A stretch of DNA of 64,000 nucleotides from Azolla caroliniana (taxonomy: Eukaryota; Plantae; Polypodiophyta), in NCBI GenBank assembly GCA_043228905.1, contig JBHGNT010000021.1:1922001-1986000 (forward strand), read 5' to 3'. Position 1 is the first letter of the stretch, and every line of letters begins with the position of its first letter. Below the pieces are notes generated by a model. The model was not told the DNA's origin. It did no database searches and was given only the letters and a program-made list of their open reading frames with translations. Below, in pieces: positions 10,787 to 25,650 of this stretch. A program made the translations under genes and the position numbers.

Positions 10787-11263
10787 TGTAAATACTTAGG
10801 TAATTCACTTAGGGTTAATTAATGTCTAATTATGTGAGTAGTTAAATATGTACGTGATTAAGTAGCAGAAGATTATGTGATATGAGTGTGTAGATGTACG
10901 AGAGAAGGAGAGGACGTACACTTATAAACACTAAGACAAGATGGGGGATGATTAACACAAGTGTCTCTCAAGGAACTCTTACTTATATTAAAAATACATC
11001 AAAAAACAAAAAACCCACAATGAGGTACATATACATCTCATGTGCAAGGGTACACATGTGTGACGGAATATAGGTACAAGGATGTAAGATCTATATTAAA
11101 TGTACTTGGTAGTGGAGGATCTAGAATGTATCCATTCTTAAGTACAAGTATTAATCCTATTTAAGGCTTTGAAGTCAATACACTAACTAGATTCTATGTA
11201 TGTAACAACTAAGTTACACATATGACAAAATAACTAAACCTAGTTGAGCTTGATATCTCAACA
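10787..11263 (-). repeat. Copia-A 5' LTR (477 bp)
   Basis: TGT...ACA termini with the PBS adjacent. The outer end is inferred from TCTCAACA at 11263; the partner LTR is not in the window. Confidence 0.75.
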
Positions 11264-11899
11264 ATTTCAATACTTCTTCAGCCTACTCATGTTCAACATA
11301 ATCTTTATCCAAAAAGTTGAATGCTACCATAAGCTTTCAAGGTAGAGAACAATGTATTCCATGCATGTACATCTCGAGTTTGAAGGTGATCAAATACGTT
11401 ATGTAAGGTTCAAATCTTAAAATAATTTGCCAAAGTTTTATGGGGATGTTTTTGTGTTCTGTATTGAAAAAATCATGATAATGTTAGGTTAAATTTGTAT
11501 TACCTTGTTGGACTTACAACAATTTTCATGAAAAATCTTAACATTATTTGCCAAACTTGAGAAAAATCTAATACATTATTTGATTATGCTTCATTAAAGT
11601 TGATGTTGGAGTTGTGATGTGTGACAAATGTTTAAGACAAGAAAATGAGTCATCACACATGGTAATGGCGTTGCATGCAGGCCTACAAGGGCTAACAAGT
11701 AGTTGCTGCAAATAGCAAGAAATTGAGTAAAACATCAAGACAGTGTAATAAGCCCCGCACATGATAGTGTTATGTGAGGTTTGCAAAGCCTAACAAGTAG
11801 GTTCTATATATAACAAAAACAAAGTGAAAGAACAACAATGATGTGCACACGCTTGTATTTGAGAGAAGAAGAATCAAGACGACAACACCCGAAGATTTG

Positions 11900-12140
11900 G
11901 AATCAAAGCTACTACACAATTACTATCAAGAGGATGTCATCTTTTTAAATTTGTCTATTCTACATAATCTAAGAGGTCAATCTGTGGCAATAATTGGTGA
12001 GCCTAACGTTGTGTTTCATAAGTAACAACATTTTAGATAAATGTGGACAAAGGCAAAGAGGTCTTCACCTATTTTGGGGAGAGAATAAAGTGGAGATATG
12101 CTCCACCAAGGTGGCTTTTTCTGGCCCCCATTATGGAAGA
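11900..12140 (+). mobile_element. Decayed L1/Tx1-like LINE ORF2 C-terminal fragment
   Basis: LHNLRGQ...KWRYAPPRWLFLAP, the same motif pair as the LINEs at 42.3 and 60.3 kb. Boundaries approximate. Confidence 0.6.
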
Positions 12141-14325
12141 ATCCCTATTTTAGATGTGTAAATGTAGTTTCTAAGGTTGCTACGTGAGGGCTTTTGCTAT
12201 TCGACATGCTAGTTAAAGTGGGTATGATGGTTGTGTTTTCATGTATGAGTTCTTTATAGCCTTTGGGCATCTTTCCATTAATACGAAGGTGAATCTTCAA
12301 AAAACAAGTTGAGAAATCATTGGGTCTTAGGCCCCTTGATTCAAAATGAGGCTCTTGGGATCGATCCATAGATTGACACCTATATAGACACACTTGTTTG
12401 AGAGGATTCATGTCATGTCTATGATATTTTGTCATTTACTTCAAAAAAAGCTAACTATATAAGTTTACTTATAGTATATGTGAACTTGCAACATGAAAGC
12501 TATATTGTTCAGTTCAAGTAGAAGTTGGGGCTTGGATTCAAAGATCATGGATTTGAGTTTTGCACTTGTCTCTAACTAGAGTGATATCAACGGGACAAGG
12601 GATGTTTGTATCTCACACAAAGTTTTGCCTACTTATTTGAAAATGTATTTGGAATGGAAGAACATACCTATAAGTTTCCACATTCATGGAAGTCAATGTG
12701 ATGTTGTAGGTGAAGATTAGAATTTAGAATTATAAAAAATGGAAAGACTGGAAAAATAGCAAGCTATAATCTTGAGCCTCCTATACCAATGCAATTCACG
12801 AACATACTTAGCTTACATAATGGGAGTTTCAAGAAAATTCACAACCCATAGAAGAGTTGGTGTTAAGTGAGAATGCATGTCCTAAAGGTACATTATAAAG
12901 GATACCATCATATTTGGCAACCAATTTGACCTATGCACATTAAAGTTAGTCGAATTCTTTGATTTCAATTAACTTGGAGTATCTAGAGGAGACATGGTCT
13001 ACTTCCACTACTACTAGATACTTTTTCTCTACATTTTATAAGCTACAAAGAAGTAACAATGTGTCTCATAATTCTCGGACCTTGGTAGAAGTGTGAAAAA
13101 CGAAGTATGAAATAATGTCACTAAGAAAGCTCCTTACGGAAATTAGGATGGTTGAAGTTGGGAAAGCTCCTCAGTGGTGTAGATCAATTTATGATGGTAT
13201 GGGGGAAGCTTTATGCAATATGTAGGAGGAATATAACACAACGCAAGTAATGTAAAAATTCAAGAAATTGAAAATTGCGAGAAGTTGTCGAATTCAAAAG
13301 ATGAGAGAGTTTGCTAGATTGGTTGATGTAAATGGTGTTGATAAAGCACTTGAGGTGGAGTGTTGGTTGAGAAAGCAATGCTAGTTCTAATCCTTTCTCC
13401 ATGAACAACTATTAAGAATCTCTTATTAATCAATAGACCAATTTAATTAAAGTAAAAGGATGTGCATAGATTGGATACAAGAACTTGATCCTCTCGACCA
13501 CCACCCTTGAGCTACGATCAAACATAGCCTGCCTACCACTAATAACGATGGATATTAGGATGACTAACTTACCTTGGAGGAGTTAACACAATCATTGCGA
13601 TGAAAACCTAGCCCACATCACTAGTGTCGCAAAACGTTAGCCTTCCAATGTAATGTGTCTACAAGGTTAGCTAGGCATCATATTTATACATCTTCCCAAA
13701 CCCCTTGAATAGGTGAGCCATTTTAAAAGACTCTCAATCCATTGGTTGCCAGGATCATGATAGCATATGAACATATTGTTCCCTCTATCCAATGACATTA
13801 GTCCCTTTCTTACATTAGTGAACATAATCTTATGTTTTGTAAATATTAGTGACCTATCCCCACCTACGTTATGCATATTACATAAAACAATCATAAGAGT
13901 ATTGGAGAAGTTCATGCAATAGTTAGGTTTGTTGTTAGGGTTATAAACTCAATATATTGATAGAGCCTAAGTTTATAGAGCTAAGGTTAGTCCTCACTTG
14001 AAGTTGTCATCTTATATTTGTATATGGTTGTTGGTTTCTTATACACACTTGATCTTACAAGGCTTGTTGTATCGTATTGTAATTGTAATTGTAATATATA
14101 TATAAATATTCTTTATTTTCTCCATGATGATATCTCCATGGCATTCTTTGCATGCATTAGATCCTACTTCCATGCAAGAGACAATGTATAACTGAGATTT
14201 GGAAATGCTCTATTTCTTAATTCATTCACACTTAAATGGTTTTTTACGAATTCTTAAGAGTTTTATATTGATTAAAGCTTTTGAAATGGAATTTCCCATT
14301 CAAGTGGGACAATCTAGTGGAATTA

Positions 14326-14327
<2 letters not shown>

Positions 14328-14362
<35 letters not shown>
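14328..14362. repeat. (GT)n microsatellite
   Basis: Visible directly in the sequence. Confidence 0.95.
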
Positions 14363-14364
<2 letters not shown>

Positions 14365-17300
14365 CCCTCACCATTGAGGAATGCAAATTCTATTCAATAT
14401 CTTCTTTTATGAACGTATGTATTTACATACATACGTACGTATATCATGTGTACATATCTTGATGTATGTGTATGGTACAATAGAGGGAGGGACACTTTGA
14501 ACCGACTTCTCTTAAATGTGTCTATGAATAAGTGACCCTCCTTCATAAAGTTATAGATTTCGTACATAAATGGGTAAACCCCCCTTGATGTATATATTTT
14601 CTCTCTTGTTTCCTCTTGCAGCCATGTAGATGACAATTTCTATAAGGATGTTATCGTATCACTTTAGGTGGGCACTGACTTTGTAACCATTCTTGAATTC
14701 ACAATCTGATGTATATGTGGATATTTGATATTTAACATCAAGTAATTTAATTTGGTAAAGAACTTCTTTGCTCAACTTGATGTTACATATTCCCGAGTAA
14801 TTGCATCATCTCATTTATGAAGGATATTTTACATAAAGCAACCATGTTCTATTTTCCTAAGGCATATAATGAAGTACTTCAACAGTATGCGTCTAATAAT
14901 GATGAAGCCTATCTAGTAGTATTATGTATGCCATCTCTAAAAGTTGGAAAATCTAGTTGAAACGTCATATGACATTAATGCCTATGCGTTGTTATATTGA
15001 TTGACAGATCATATGGGAAAAAACTTTCGTCGTTGAAGAACTTATAGAATATACACAACTAAATGCATGTGCATTGTGAAGGCGTCTTTTAAGTCCTTGG
15101 ATTTTTAATGCATACATGTTTTGTGCAACACATATCTGATACCGAAACGCATACAAATCATCATACATAGAAGCTTGAGCATTCCCCGCTAGTTTTTTTT
15201 TTCCCAAAAAGTAATGAAAGACATACTTTTGATGATGATGTCGGAAAAAGGACGATTTGTCATGGATGTGAGGGTGGGTGGCTTCAAAATGGCAAATGAC
15301 TTTGTCGTAGCACATGTTATACTGAAGTATTAGCGATTCCAATGTGCATAGGGGGGAGTGAGCATTTGAAATTCCACTTTAAGCTTTGGAAGCTGGTGAT
15401 AATGGAGAATATATACTATGAAGGCTCACACTCCTTTGTACAGGGACTACTATTGATCTTAGTGTTTTGAGCCATTTGAACAAAAACTCATGTTTAATAT
15501 AATTGAGAGGGTATAGTTTGACTGTGTACGAATGAGTACCCTCTTTTTGTTTTATTCTTGGCTTATTTCAACAAGCGTCTTTCTAGCTCAGACTAGCTTT
15601 CCATAAAAGACGGGAAAAATAGTTAGATAGATAAATCAATGACCAGTGTCCCTTCATTTGGATTCGCCTTTAGTTAAAAACAAATAGAAAGAGGCATAAC
15701 CCAAAAGAAAAATTTATAGGTTGAGTCGATTTTTCATACATTTTCAAAAAGCTCTTGCGAGGAACAAACTTTTTTGTAATTGTTGGGAATGACCTCGAGT
15801 CAATGCTAAACATTCTCTTTGTAATTTGGAGCTAAAAATGTCAAAGTTTATCGAATGGAATTTTGGGCACATCCACCGAGTATGAAAGCAAACATTTCCT
15901 TTCTTTTGGGTTGAATACTTAATCCTTTTAAATATGTCTAGTTTTACAAGTAAACCAAAATAATGCTTTAGTGTCCTCTTTTGCCAATTTTATTTTATCA
16001 ATTAATGACCAAAATACTACCACAATGATGAGAATTTACCAAAAACCCATCCTTGCGAAATGCTAGAAGAAGTACTCCATCACCACTCATTCTTCAAAAA
16101 CATAATTTAATAGGAAAACTATGGAACACTGATTGCGAACCGATTACCGAGACGAACAACCTCAATGTTCCACAACAAAAATATGCTCTCCATGTATATA
16201 TATGTATTCGAAATTCAAAAAATTGTAAAATTACGAAACTTGGGTGGGTTATAGAAGTGAGTATACATGTGAATTGCTATATCACAAAAAGATGCTTCAA
16301 TGTGACTAAGTTTGGTTACATTTTCAAACTCACATGTATGTGTTTGGTGGAAGTTAAGATCCTAATCACGTGAGAGATTAATATTCATAAACGCATAACT
16401 ATACCTAACAACATCCATGATTGTAGGAGGTTTCATTTTTTAAAATAATTACAAAAAACCGTTCATGTTAACATTACTACTATGATAAGGATTTAATTAC
16501 TAGTCATTATCGAATTAGAAAACGATCGTGCACTAATCATTCGGAATTAGAATCTTAATTTGTGTTGTGTGTCTCCCCCAAATATGTGGGTCGTAAACAA
16601 AAACTTAATGTGCTAACTTGGTTTTCTAGTCAGTTAGAAGCTTAATTATGACATGCTTAATGTTGATTTCCATTTGACTAAGAGCTCACAGTTTATACCA
16701 ACCAAATTATAAGTAATTTTGAAAATGAGCAAGCCTAGTTCCTGAAGTTCTCATAGATATGTATAACAAAATGCAAACATGATATGTCACATAGTTTAGC
16801 AACCTTATGAATAGCCAAGTTGGAGGTAATTCCCAGTCCACGATGAATTAGAACTATTAGCGTAACAACAGATAAATTTGGCTAGTAATGAGTGAGTTGT
16901 ATCTTCGAGTAATAATGCTTTATGACACATGTGTGCGTTGTGTATTGTTTGTGTTGGGTTGGAGGCTAAACTAGACTAATGTGGTTACGAATTTGTGTCG
17001 GACAACAATGTGGCATTGCATTAATCATAGCATAATTATGCTAAATTTGGTAGATTTATGCTAACTGTGGTATGGTAATTAACAAGGGTGTAGTAATTAA
17101 CAAGGTTTGGAAAGAAATAACATTGTTCCCTATTCTTTAACGTGACTATGTGAAAGATGTATGATTTCCATGCAATCAATAAAAGTTGAATTTTGAATTA
17201 AATTAAATCGCCCAAAAAAACTGATTAATAAAAAACAAATAATAATAAACCCGATCCTGTTTTGATGAGAAAAAAAAAACTTTAAAACATTCTATGCAGG

Positions 17301-17935
17301 CATATAATAATGATTAATAAAGAAAAGAAATTTAATTAAAACATCTAAAGAAACAGGTAAATTCAATTAGATTTTCTTGAAGGAAAACAGGCTTCAATTA
17401 TCTTTTCAAAAATAAGTCCGATTAATTTTTCACAATAAGTTCTCTTGGTTGAGCAAAAGATTCTGTCTCAAGCCAAATAAATTCGTCCCATTTCCAATAA
17501 ATAAATAAGTTAAGGCAAAAGAAGAAAGGAAAAAAAAAGAAAAAAAAGAGCAGCACGAATAATTACTTAAAAAAGAAAAAACCAAAGGCGCAAAACCAAA
17601 ACCAAAATAAAAGCTTTCCATGCAGCAACAATAAGAAGACGATGATGATGATGATGGCGATGGTAATTATAACATAAGCCCTAATTTTGTCTGGTCATTA
17701 AAGAACAAAAATTGGGGAATTCCTGTTTCTTTCTTGCTTTCTTTTGTTTTTGTGATTCAAAAGCCTTTACAATTAAAGATTGTCTTCCATCATTGGAAAG
17801 GAATTCTACAAGAGCCATTAAATGGGCCTTCTCATTCAAATTTCAATTGCATAACAAAAGAGGCCTCATAAATAAAAAGCAATCCATCTTCTGAAATGCA
17901 AATTGATCTCTATCTCTAAATAAATAAATAAATAA

Positions 17936-17975
<40 letters not shown>

Positions 17976-18146
17976 TATACATACATATAGGTATACACTA
18001 ACTTGCAAGGCACTCCAAACCCTTTACTTATACTATTCATGGGCTTTTAATGGAGTAGTTTGTAGTAATAGGAAAGAGTACCCCTTCCTCTTACAATCCT
18101 TCCTTTTTCTGGTCTTCCCTTTAGATGCTTGATCATGATTCATCAC

Positions 18147-18185
<39 letters not shown>

Positions 18186-19679
18186 TTGCAACTAGTCACT
18201 CTTTCTGTACTACTCATTTCCCTGCCAAGGGCCAATATATCATTTCATCACCTCAATCACATCATGTAATCATACATTGTCTCTCACATCCACATCCATA
18301 TCAACAACACACACACACACACACACATGATTATACATTGTAAAAGTCATTCACAATGTACACATGGAAGGTGCATGTGTTTCTGTGCAGCATAGGTGTG
18401 CCATATGTATGCACGCCTTCGTGCAACTGTGTGGATGTGTTGCAGTGTGTTATGCACATGTGGACATTGGTCTCATTATGTATGTATGTATGTATGTATG
18501 TATGTATGATGCCTGAGATTGTCGCTAGTTGTAACATATGAGTCCCACACACATATAGTGCATATAATGATATTTATATGTATATGTACATGACATATAT
18601 GTATATGATCACATGTAGGTTCGTCATATTCGAAGGTTGTAGAATGCAACTAGCTCTACATTCCCACTCATATCTCCACATAGAAATCAATGTGATGTAT
18701 CCCTCCCTCGCATTTCCTTCTCGGGTCCTTGCATTGAGCAACCTTCTGTGCTTTCCGTCTGTTGCAGGAATTGGTACGAGCACATCACTCATTGCATGTA
18801 TATGACAAGCTAGCTTACTTTTAAGTAGTAAATGACTTTCTGTATTGTACTATATGTAGTTCATATGTGTAGTCTTTCACTTTGGACATATCATAGCATC
18901 ATCATGATGTCTACATTTTGTAGAATTGTACTCAACACAAACATGTTTTTAGACACGTGGCATGGGTCAAGATCAATAGAATTTGATCCGGTTTACAAGA
19001 TAATGTAAAAAAGTAGTGTATTTTCTCAAGTCCAACTATATTGAATCCATTTATTTTCTAGCAACTTCCTATATATTGTGGGAAACCTCAAGGTGAGGTA
19101 AAAAAACATAAAAATACTAACCCTCAAGCTTTTGCTCAAAAACCTCAAGTTGTGAAGGGAAATATCAAAGTGCTACCGACAATCATGCAATGATGACCTA
19201 AGAGAGTAGTTCAAGACAAGGAGTTCATATTCATGAGGTTGATTGAAGGTTGTGTCGTTAAGTGATATCCCCTTGGTTCAAAATCCCCCAAATCTTATGC
19301 ATTTTGCCTCTTAAAGTAGAGTAATGTATAGAAACAAATTCCAAAAATATTTGTAAACCTACCACCATTTATATAGAAACAAATCCCCTAAACATACACT
19401 ACTTCGCATTAGTTAGCAAAAGTTACACCAACTATTTGGCCTTTTGACTATATGATCAAGCCTCAACATTGAAATTTGAACCAAATGTGCAATCTATGTT
19501 TACAAGTTAAAACATATTGTTGACAATTAGTTATATAAAATTAAAGCTTTTGTGAATATAAAATTCATTAAACTCATCAAAAAATATTATTCACTAATAT
19601 ATCCATAGTTTGCAACTTAATCGTAATTTAACGAAATGATGCACACAAAATGTTTTGGTTCATGCAAAATCATTGTTTT

Positions 19680-20168
19680 TTTTTTCCAAAAAAATACTAC
19701 TTCCATTAGTTAAGACAATGTACATAGGATAATATACAACTCATATGTTACAAGTCAATTTGCATGGCTACAAAGAAATCAACATGTATAAAGGAATCAA
19801 CAAAGCCTCAAACTCACCACTTCATCCAATGAGCACAATATTACTCGACAAATTCCTCTCAACATGAGCCTCGCACAACCCACATTCAGTATAGACATCC
19901 TCCAATCTCTTCACATTTTAGCACCCACCTCTATGTTTGGTACCTTCGGAGGAAACTGCCACGGGGGTGGCTGATAAATCCACTTTGCATTGCCATCCAC
20001 CATCTGCAGCATCGGAGAACCTCTCCATTTCAGAAGGAAACGGCCTTTAGCTTCTTCAATCGCGTCAGAGGGCCCCGGAAGGCTGTCAAACTCTCCTTGT
20101 AATGTAGAACAAGATTAAAGCAAATCAGCATTAAATTCTCAGCCGGTGGGGTTTTATATCCTTTTTTA
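19680..20168 (-). mobile_element. 5'-truncated L1/Tx1-like LINE with poly(A) and TSD
   Basis: TSD TCAT(G/A)CAAAATCATTGTTTT (19660-19679, 20169-20188), T-run to 19685, minus-strand LQGEFDSLPG...AKWIYQPPPWQFPP. Confidence 0.85.
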
Positions 20169-23029
20169 TCATACAAAATCATTGTTTTGTACAAAAATCA
20201 AATTCTATGCTATGGATTATATTGATGAACCATATGGTTTATTTTAGTTGGTATTTATTTTTCTCCCTATAATTTTATTGTCCTACTTCCTATCAAGTAT
20301 ATATTTGTTCAAATTGTCTACCAAATACCTATTCAACTTGTACTAAAGACGAAGATATATACATATTGAAATGGGAAACCACTAGTGTTAAACAACCAAG
20401 AAGTACATGAGTACCTAGCTTAATCAATTCTTGCTATCTCCTAGGTTGTGGCTAGGGAAAACTTTGTGGGTGTGAATAGTTTTCCTTAAAAAGAAATGAG
20501 AGACAAGATATCATCTCTCGGCATTTTGTGCGACTTTAACATGTTAACACATTTAAGATGGTAGATAACTATTTTGTAAATGATTCATGGGGATGCCACA
20601 CATAGAATCTTTACGTGCCTAATTTCTATAGTCATTTGGGTTACATGTCACAACTTCAAGCATCACCGACGTTGGTCATTTTGTTCTTTCAATGGGTTCT
20701 AGCTCAAGGAGCCAAAGGTTTAAACTTTCCGACTATATCAAAGGGCAGATCACTTCATTAAAACTTGGCAAATGGTGTAACATGAGTATTAGAAATGTGT
20801 TCTTCTTTCATGGTCTCCATGAGTACCACAACATTTACATAGGTTCAAAGAAAAAAGGATCTGACAATTCTTGCAATTGAGCTTTGGTTGCAACTTACCT
20901 TGCCATCGGATCCTCAGTATTGCAATAGGGACGAAAATATTCTCATGTTGTTTTAATATATACAAAAGTTTACAACAGAATGAGTTCCCAAATATTCAAC
21001 AATATATGTACCAATGATACTACATGCTAAAGCACAATGTGAAATCCTTGTCTTGAAGTTGAAACTATACCATATAAGAAACGTTTGCTTGTAGGTTGAA
21101 ACACTAATTTGCATGAATTAATGTCTTTATCAATGAGTTTGATGTTGTGCTCACAAAACCCAATCAAGCTTTTCTTTGGCTTTGTGTGATGCATAGAAAA
21201 GCTTAACACTAAGACTACTACAACTCTAGTCAACATACTACAAGGAGTAATGAGCGTAATAGGTTGTTGATAATCATAAATATCATGGTTAGTTATTCTT
21301 ATAGATGCTTGTTATCAATTTAATCTAGTGACATTATTCATTGTAGACCCATTAGGTTTAGCTCAAAATTTAAATTTGCAATATGATGATGAAGCAATGC
21401 GTTGTAGCCAACTATTAAAAGTTTATTTTTGAATCATTAAAATAACTTCATGTTTATAGTTTGAATGATGTTTTCTCTCCCAATTCATATGGCTTCACAA
21501 CTTCACTTTTTCCAAACCCCGCGGTGTCGAAAACAATGACAATGTAATTAGAGGGCAAGATTGGGTGTCTATATGGCACATCAAGAAGAAGAATACACAT
21601 ACATTATGTGCGGTGTTTATTAAACTTTTATCCTCAAAATATTTTCTTGCTACAACATTCAGCAAAATCCTTCACGTACATTAGCTTGTTCTTAGGGGCT
21701 AGATTGTTTCATGGTTAAGGTACACTGCATGTGCCGACCTTTAGAAATATAATATATGTTGACCAAATTAATGGAGTAGAATGGTTATGTTATGATGCCC
21801 ACATAAATCATGAGAATTCAAATGCTCTTTTCTTGCATTATATTGTAAATTGAACCCAAACTACAAGTGTTCATTCTTTTTTGTAATTTAACTTGAAAGT
21901 CAATATTTTCGAATTTGTTGAGGCAGCAAAACAATGATGAGTAAACAATTGTTTCAAAGATTCTGGCCTAAGGAAACATGTTGTTGGGAACATTAATATA
22001 ATAGAGAGGGATGATGGATCACAAGACTTGAGGACATCTTTACATATAAATAAAATAGCCATCTTATGTTATCCTTTTTAAAATCAGACTGATTATGTAG
22101 GTATCTTTTCTAGTTGAGAAGTTCAAGGTCATATTTGAAACACAATGAGTACAGATCTAGATCTATAATAAGTATGACTAGTTGGTAGGCACTCTTGGAC
22201 ATACCAATGTTTCTGACTCGGTTGTGAAAAAGTATATCTACTGAAGCATATCTAAAGAGTGAAACCCCTGAGAAAGGATACTTTGGGGATTCAAATTATG
22301 AACTTGGTTTGATAGAAAATCTTCTTTTTTTTTGTAGGTTTTGATGGTGCCACCCTTATTTATGTCATTCACTACATGTCATATTCCAAGGCACACTAAT
22401 AAGTTGCCCTCAATTTGGAACCCAAGGAGGGGTCAAGGAATGATTATGATAATAATATGAGGAAATTGTTTTATACTGGAAGACACAATTAAAGGGATGG
22501 TAGTAGTATTTATGGTACATCTATCCATCAACATGTATAAATAATCAAAGGCAAGGAGGCTCTCTTTTTTCTTGATGATTTTTTTTGTTTGTTTGTTGTT
22601 TCCATTTCTTTCTTATAAAGTTAACGTTGTAGGAATTATTTTTGAAGTTTGGGTTTCTAAAACAACATATTCCATTTGAGAGAAAAAAAAACACATAATT
22701 TAACAATGCTATGAAAAAGACTGGCGATCTAACACCTTATTACAAGAAATAGGCATAATGGATCATACATGCATCACGAACCACTATATATATGGTTTGA
22801 GGAAACAACAAAATAATTGGCCAATGAGATCATAGTTTCAAAGTCATATGTCGCTTCTTCCATGTCATGATTTCTATATTAGCTATAAATGGATTTGAAA
22901 TGGAATAGTATATGTCTTGCATAATTACTTGTACATGCTATAACAAATGTGCTCTAATATATAATTGGTAGGGAGACATTGCCTTGGTTTATGCCTAGTA
23001 AAATATACCAAGTTTTCCAAGAAGGGATT

Positions 23030-23600
23030 TTGTTTTTAAAAACCAAAAAAACACTACTTCACATTAGTTAGCAAACAAAGTACATCAAAGTTCAACCATA
23101 TTCAGCAAAACTCACGCTTCTCCCCACAAAACTAATCATAATCCCCACCCCCTCGTTTACAACAAAAGTATCTCATCGACTCTTTTTACATGGTAACTTT
23201 CTTGTACCGTAGCTATACATATTTACATCTCCTGACCACTAATGGAAGCCATTGGCGGAAATAGCCATTTGGGTGCTTGGTAGTTCCATTTAGGCCTTGA
23301 CGATGATTTGACCATCATAGGAGAACCACCCCATTTTAGAAGAAACTTTGACCAAGCCCGTTTTGCTTCATCTAAGTCTCCCTGAATTGAGTTGTATCGT
23401 CCACGCAACCAAGATACTAGCTCGAACCCTATGGTTAGCAACACCTCACCACTTGGGAGCTTTCGTTGCTAAACAAGAAACGTACAACGCCTGGTCCAAA
23501 TGTGCCAGACTGATAAGCACGCCACCATCATCCATATCTCCTAAAAAAATGCAGATTTTGTGCTAGGTTGCACTTGAGCACATTGGAACACCCTGCCACC
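23030..23600 (-). mobile_element. 5'-truncated L1/Tx1-like LINE 3' end
   Basis: ORF 23223-23444 (SWLRGRYNSIQG...RPKWNYQAPKWLFPP) and the shared 3' motif at 23054-23070. 5' boundary approximate. Confidence 0.75.
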
Positions 23601-24759
23601 CTGCACTATAAATCCATGACCATGTGGGTTTAGCAAGGGATATATTTGACAAACCACATCTTTGGCATTGAGAACCTTGAGGAAGCTAATGGTTTATTCA
23701 TGATCATCGAAGATTCATTAAAGTTTTTAAGAGGTGGTTAAATGGTTCAATCCCTATTTAGCGAAGTCTCTCTAGTGAAATTCTATATTCTAGAGAATGC
23801 TAGTTTCAAACTCATAGGGAAACCACAAATTAATGTAGCACTGTGTGCAACGTTCAATTGGTAAACATGGGCTAGAAGTGGGGATTTCAATTCCTTTTTT
23901 TGAAACCAAATAGGCTAGAAAAGAGGACTTAGATTCTTTTATTTTAAACTAAATTTAGGTAATGAGAAGAATTCAAAAGTTATTGGAAATATGAAAAAAT
24001 AATGGTATACCTTTGCATTAAAAAGAATGAGGCAACATTATGCAAATGTATTGAGCTTTGTACTAAAAAAATACTATTAGACTATGCGTCAAAATCCTTA
24101 GCTAGGTTTATTTAAAAGGAAATAAAAAATCTACCTATTTCATCATCTTATAATATTATAGTTAATACATTTAAAATAAGATCAGGCAAAAATGACATTG
24201 TATATATGCGTAAAGCATGTTATTGTTTTCTCTTATTTTCGTTGGCAGACGAGGGAGAGGAGGGAACACCCTAAACAATTGAGATAGATAATTGCATTGA
24301 GATTTTGGTTTAATGAATGTGATGCTTTATTTGAATGGAGATGGACCTTTCTCATAATGATGCAAAGGGTAATGAAATACTTTCATGCTAGAATTGGCTT
24401 TAAATATCTCAATTGTCCTCCGCACATTTATCACAGGATCTAGAGACCTTTAACCTTAGGCATTAGAATATTCACCCTAGACTATTAAGGTTTTCTCGAT
24501 TCAATCACTAATAAAGTAGTGCATTTTTTCTACATGAAAGTCAAAATTCTTGCCAATACAATGACACTTTAGATATCACTATGGAGAGTTGAACTTTGGA
24601 GGGTTGTTTGGATACCCATTGTACATGGGAAAGCCACAATGTTTTCTTGCATGCTTCATTCGCCACAATGTAACCAGTTAGCTTTCGTTGTTAACACAAT
24701 TATGCACTTCCTGAAGCCTTTATCTCCATAATACCATTGTGTTGATTTCTGAATCCTCA

Positions 24760-25650
24760 AAACTTAGACAAAGTACTATTGAACTTCTCTTGGATATTGA
24801 ATTTTGGCCTTTTTGGATGACTTGTAGTCATATAACATGGTTAAGAGAGAACAACATGCAAGCTAAGGAAGAGCCTATAAGACTTAAAGTTTGACTCTTT
24901 TTTTATGTTGGAATGATATCACCACAAAAATGAGAATTCATGCCTAAAACACCAAACAAAGTGTGGATTACAATCTCATCCTCATCTTGTAAGTGGATGA
25001 TGTACTAACCATGGAAAATTCCTTGGATGGACTTCGAGCTCTATTGTGGAAGGTGAACCAAACATTTAGAATTTGGACTTGGAAAAGACAATGCATATCC
25101 TTAGAATTTGGATCATCTAAGGTAAGAAGAATTGTAAACGAACAGACATATCATAAAGAAGAATTCATAACTTCACCAACTTCACCTTTATAGTTATGGG
25201 CCATGGCAATATGGGTTTCATGTCACTTATTCTTCTTACATTGATATCTCTCTTTATAATAATTGATCCTTTGCCTTGAAATGCAACAAAATCCACAAAT
25301 AGATTGTTAAAAGGTGAAAATGCAATGTAGCATTAGCTACATGTAGGTTTGATACCTCCTGCGAAATATAGTAGCATCATTATGGAGAAGACTTGTGTGC
25401 TACGCACAATGTACTATTATCACTATCAACACTTATTGTTTGAACGGTTCATCTTGTGGATGTGCATGGTCTTTTATTTATGAATTGCATAAGCATGAAA
25501 TCCAATATTATCCACAAACTCATTTGTACATATGTAACCTCCACTATTGTAATTTTGACCTATTGCTTTACCAATTGAAAATGTGGTGCCCTAACATGGT
25601 ACAAGAACAATATGTTATGTAGCATTGTTGGTGATACAAAACCTGGGTGA
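24760..25650 (+). mobile_element. Highly decayed Ty1/Copia RT relic
   Basis: CKLRKSL*DLK (~24860), LILIL*VDDVL (~24980), DLEKTMHILRI (~25080). Boundaries approximate. Confidence 0.6.

Larger units (their letters stand above)
4064..11263 (-). mobile_element. Ty1/Copia LTR retrotransposon Copia-A (degenerate; its 3' part lies beyond the left edge)
   Basis: 5' LTR 10787-11263, tRNA-iMet PBS 10775-10786, gag/UBN2-like region (KLDRSNFSSWEYKM), knuckle CNYCGKIGQLEEEC, protease WFIDSGASNHM, integrase (WHKRIGH...CGACQLGKQHR, VHLDVWGP, YYVTFIDDYS), RT start (WDLV...HQMDVKNA). The reading frame rejoins across Copia-B (SGPQE|PPSTESISRP). Confidence 0.93.

Noticed and set aside
18418-18437. miR536-like sequence TTCGTGCAACTGTGTGGATG
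   Set aside because: It needs two gaps to match miR536 and has no well-paired star arm.
18694-18714. Possible miR390 site/TAS3 (TATCCCTCC core)
   Set aside because: The seed-pairing half does not match, and no tasiARF sequence was seen.
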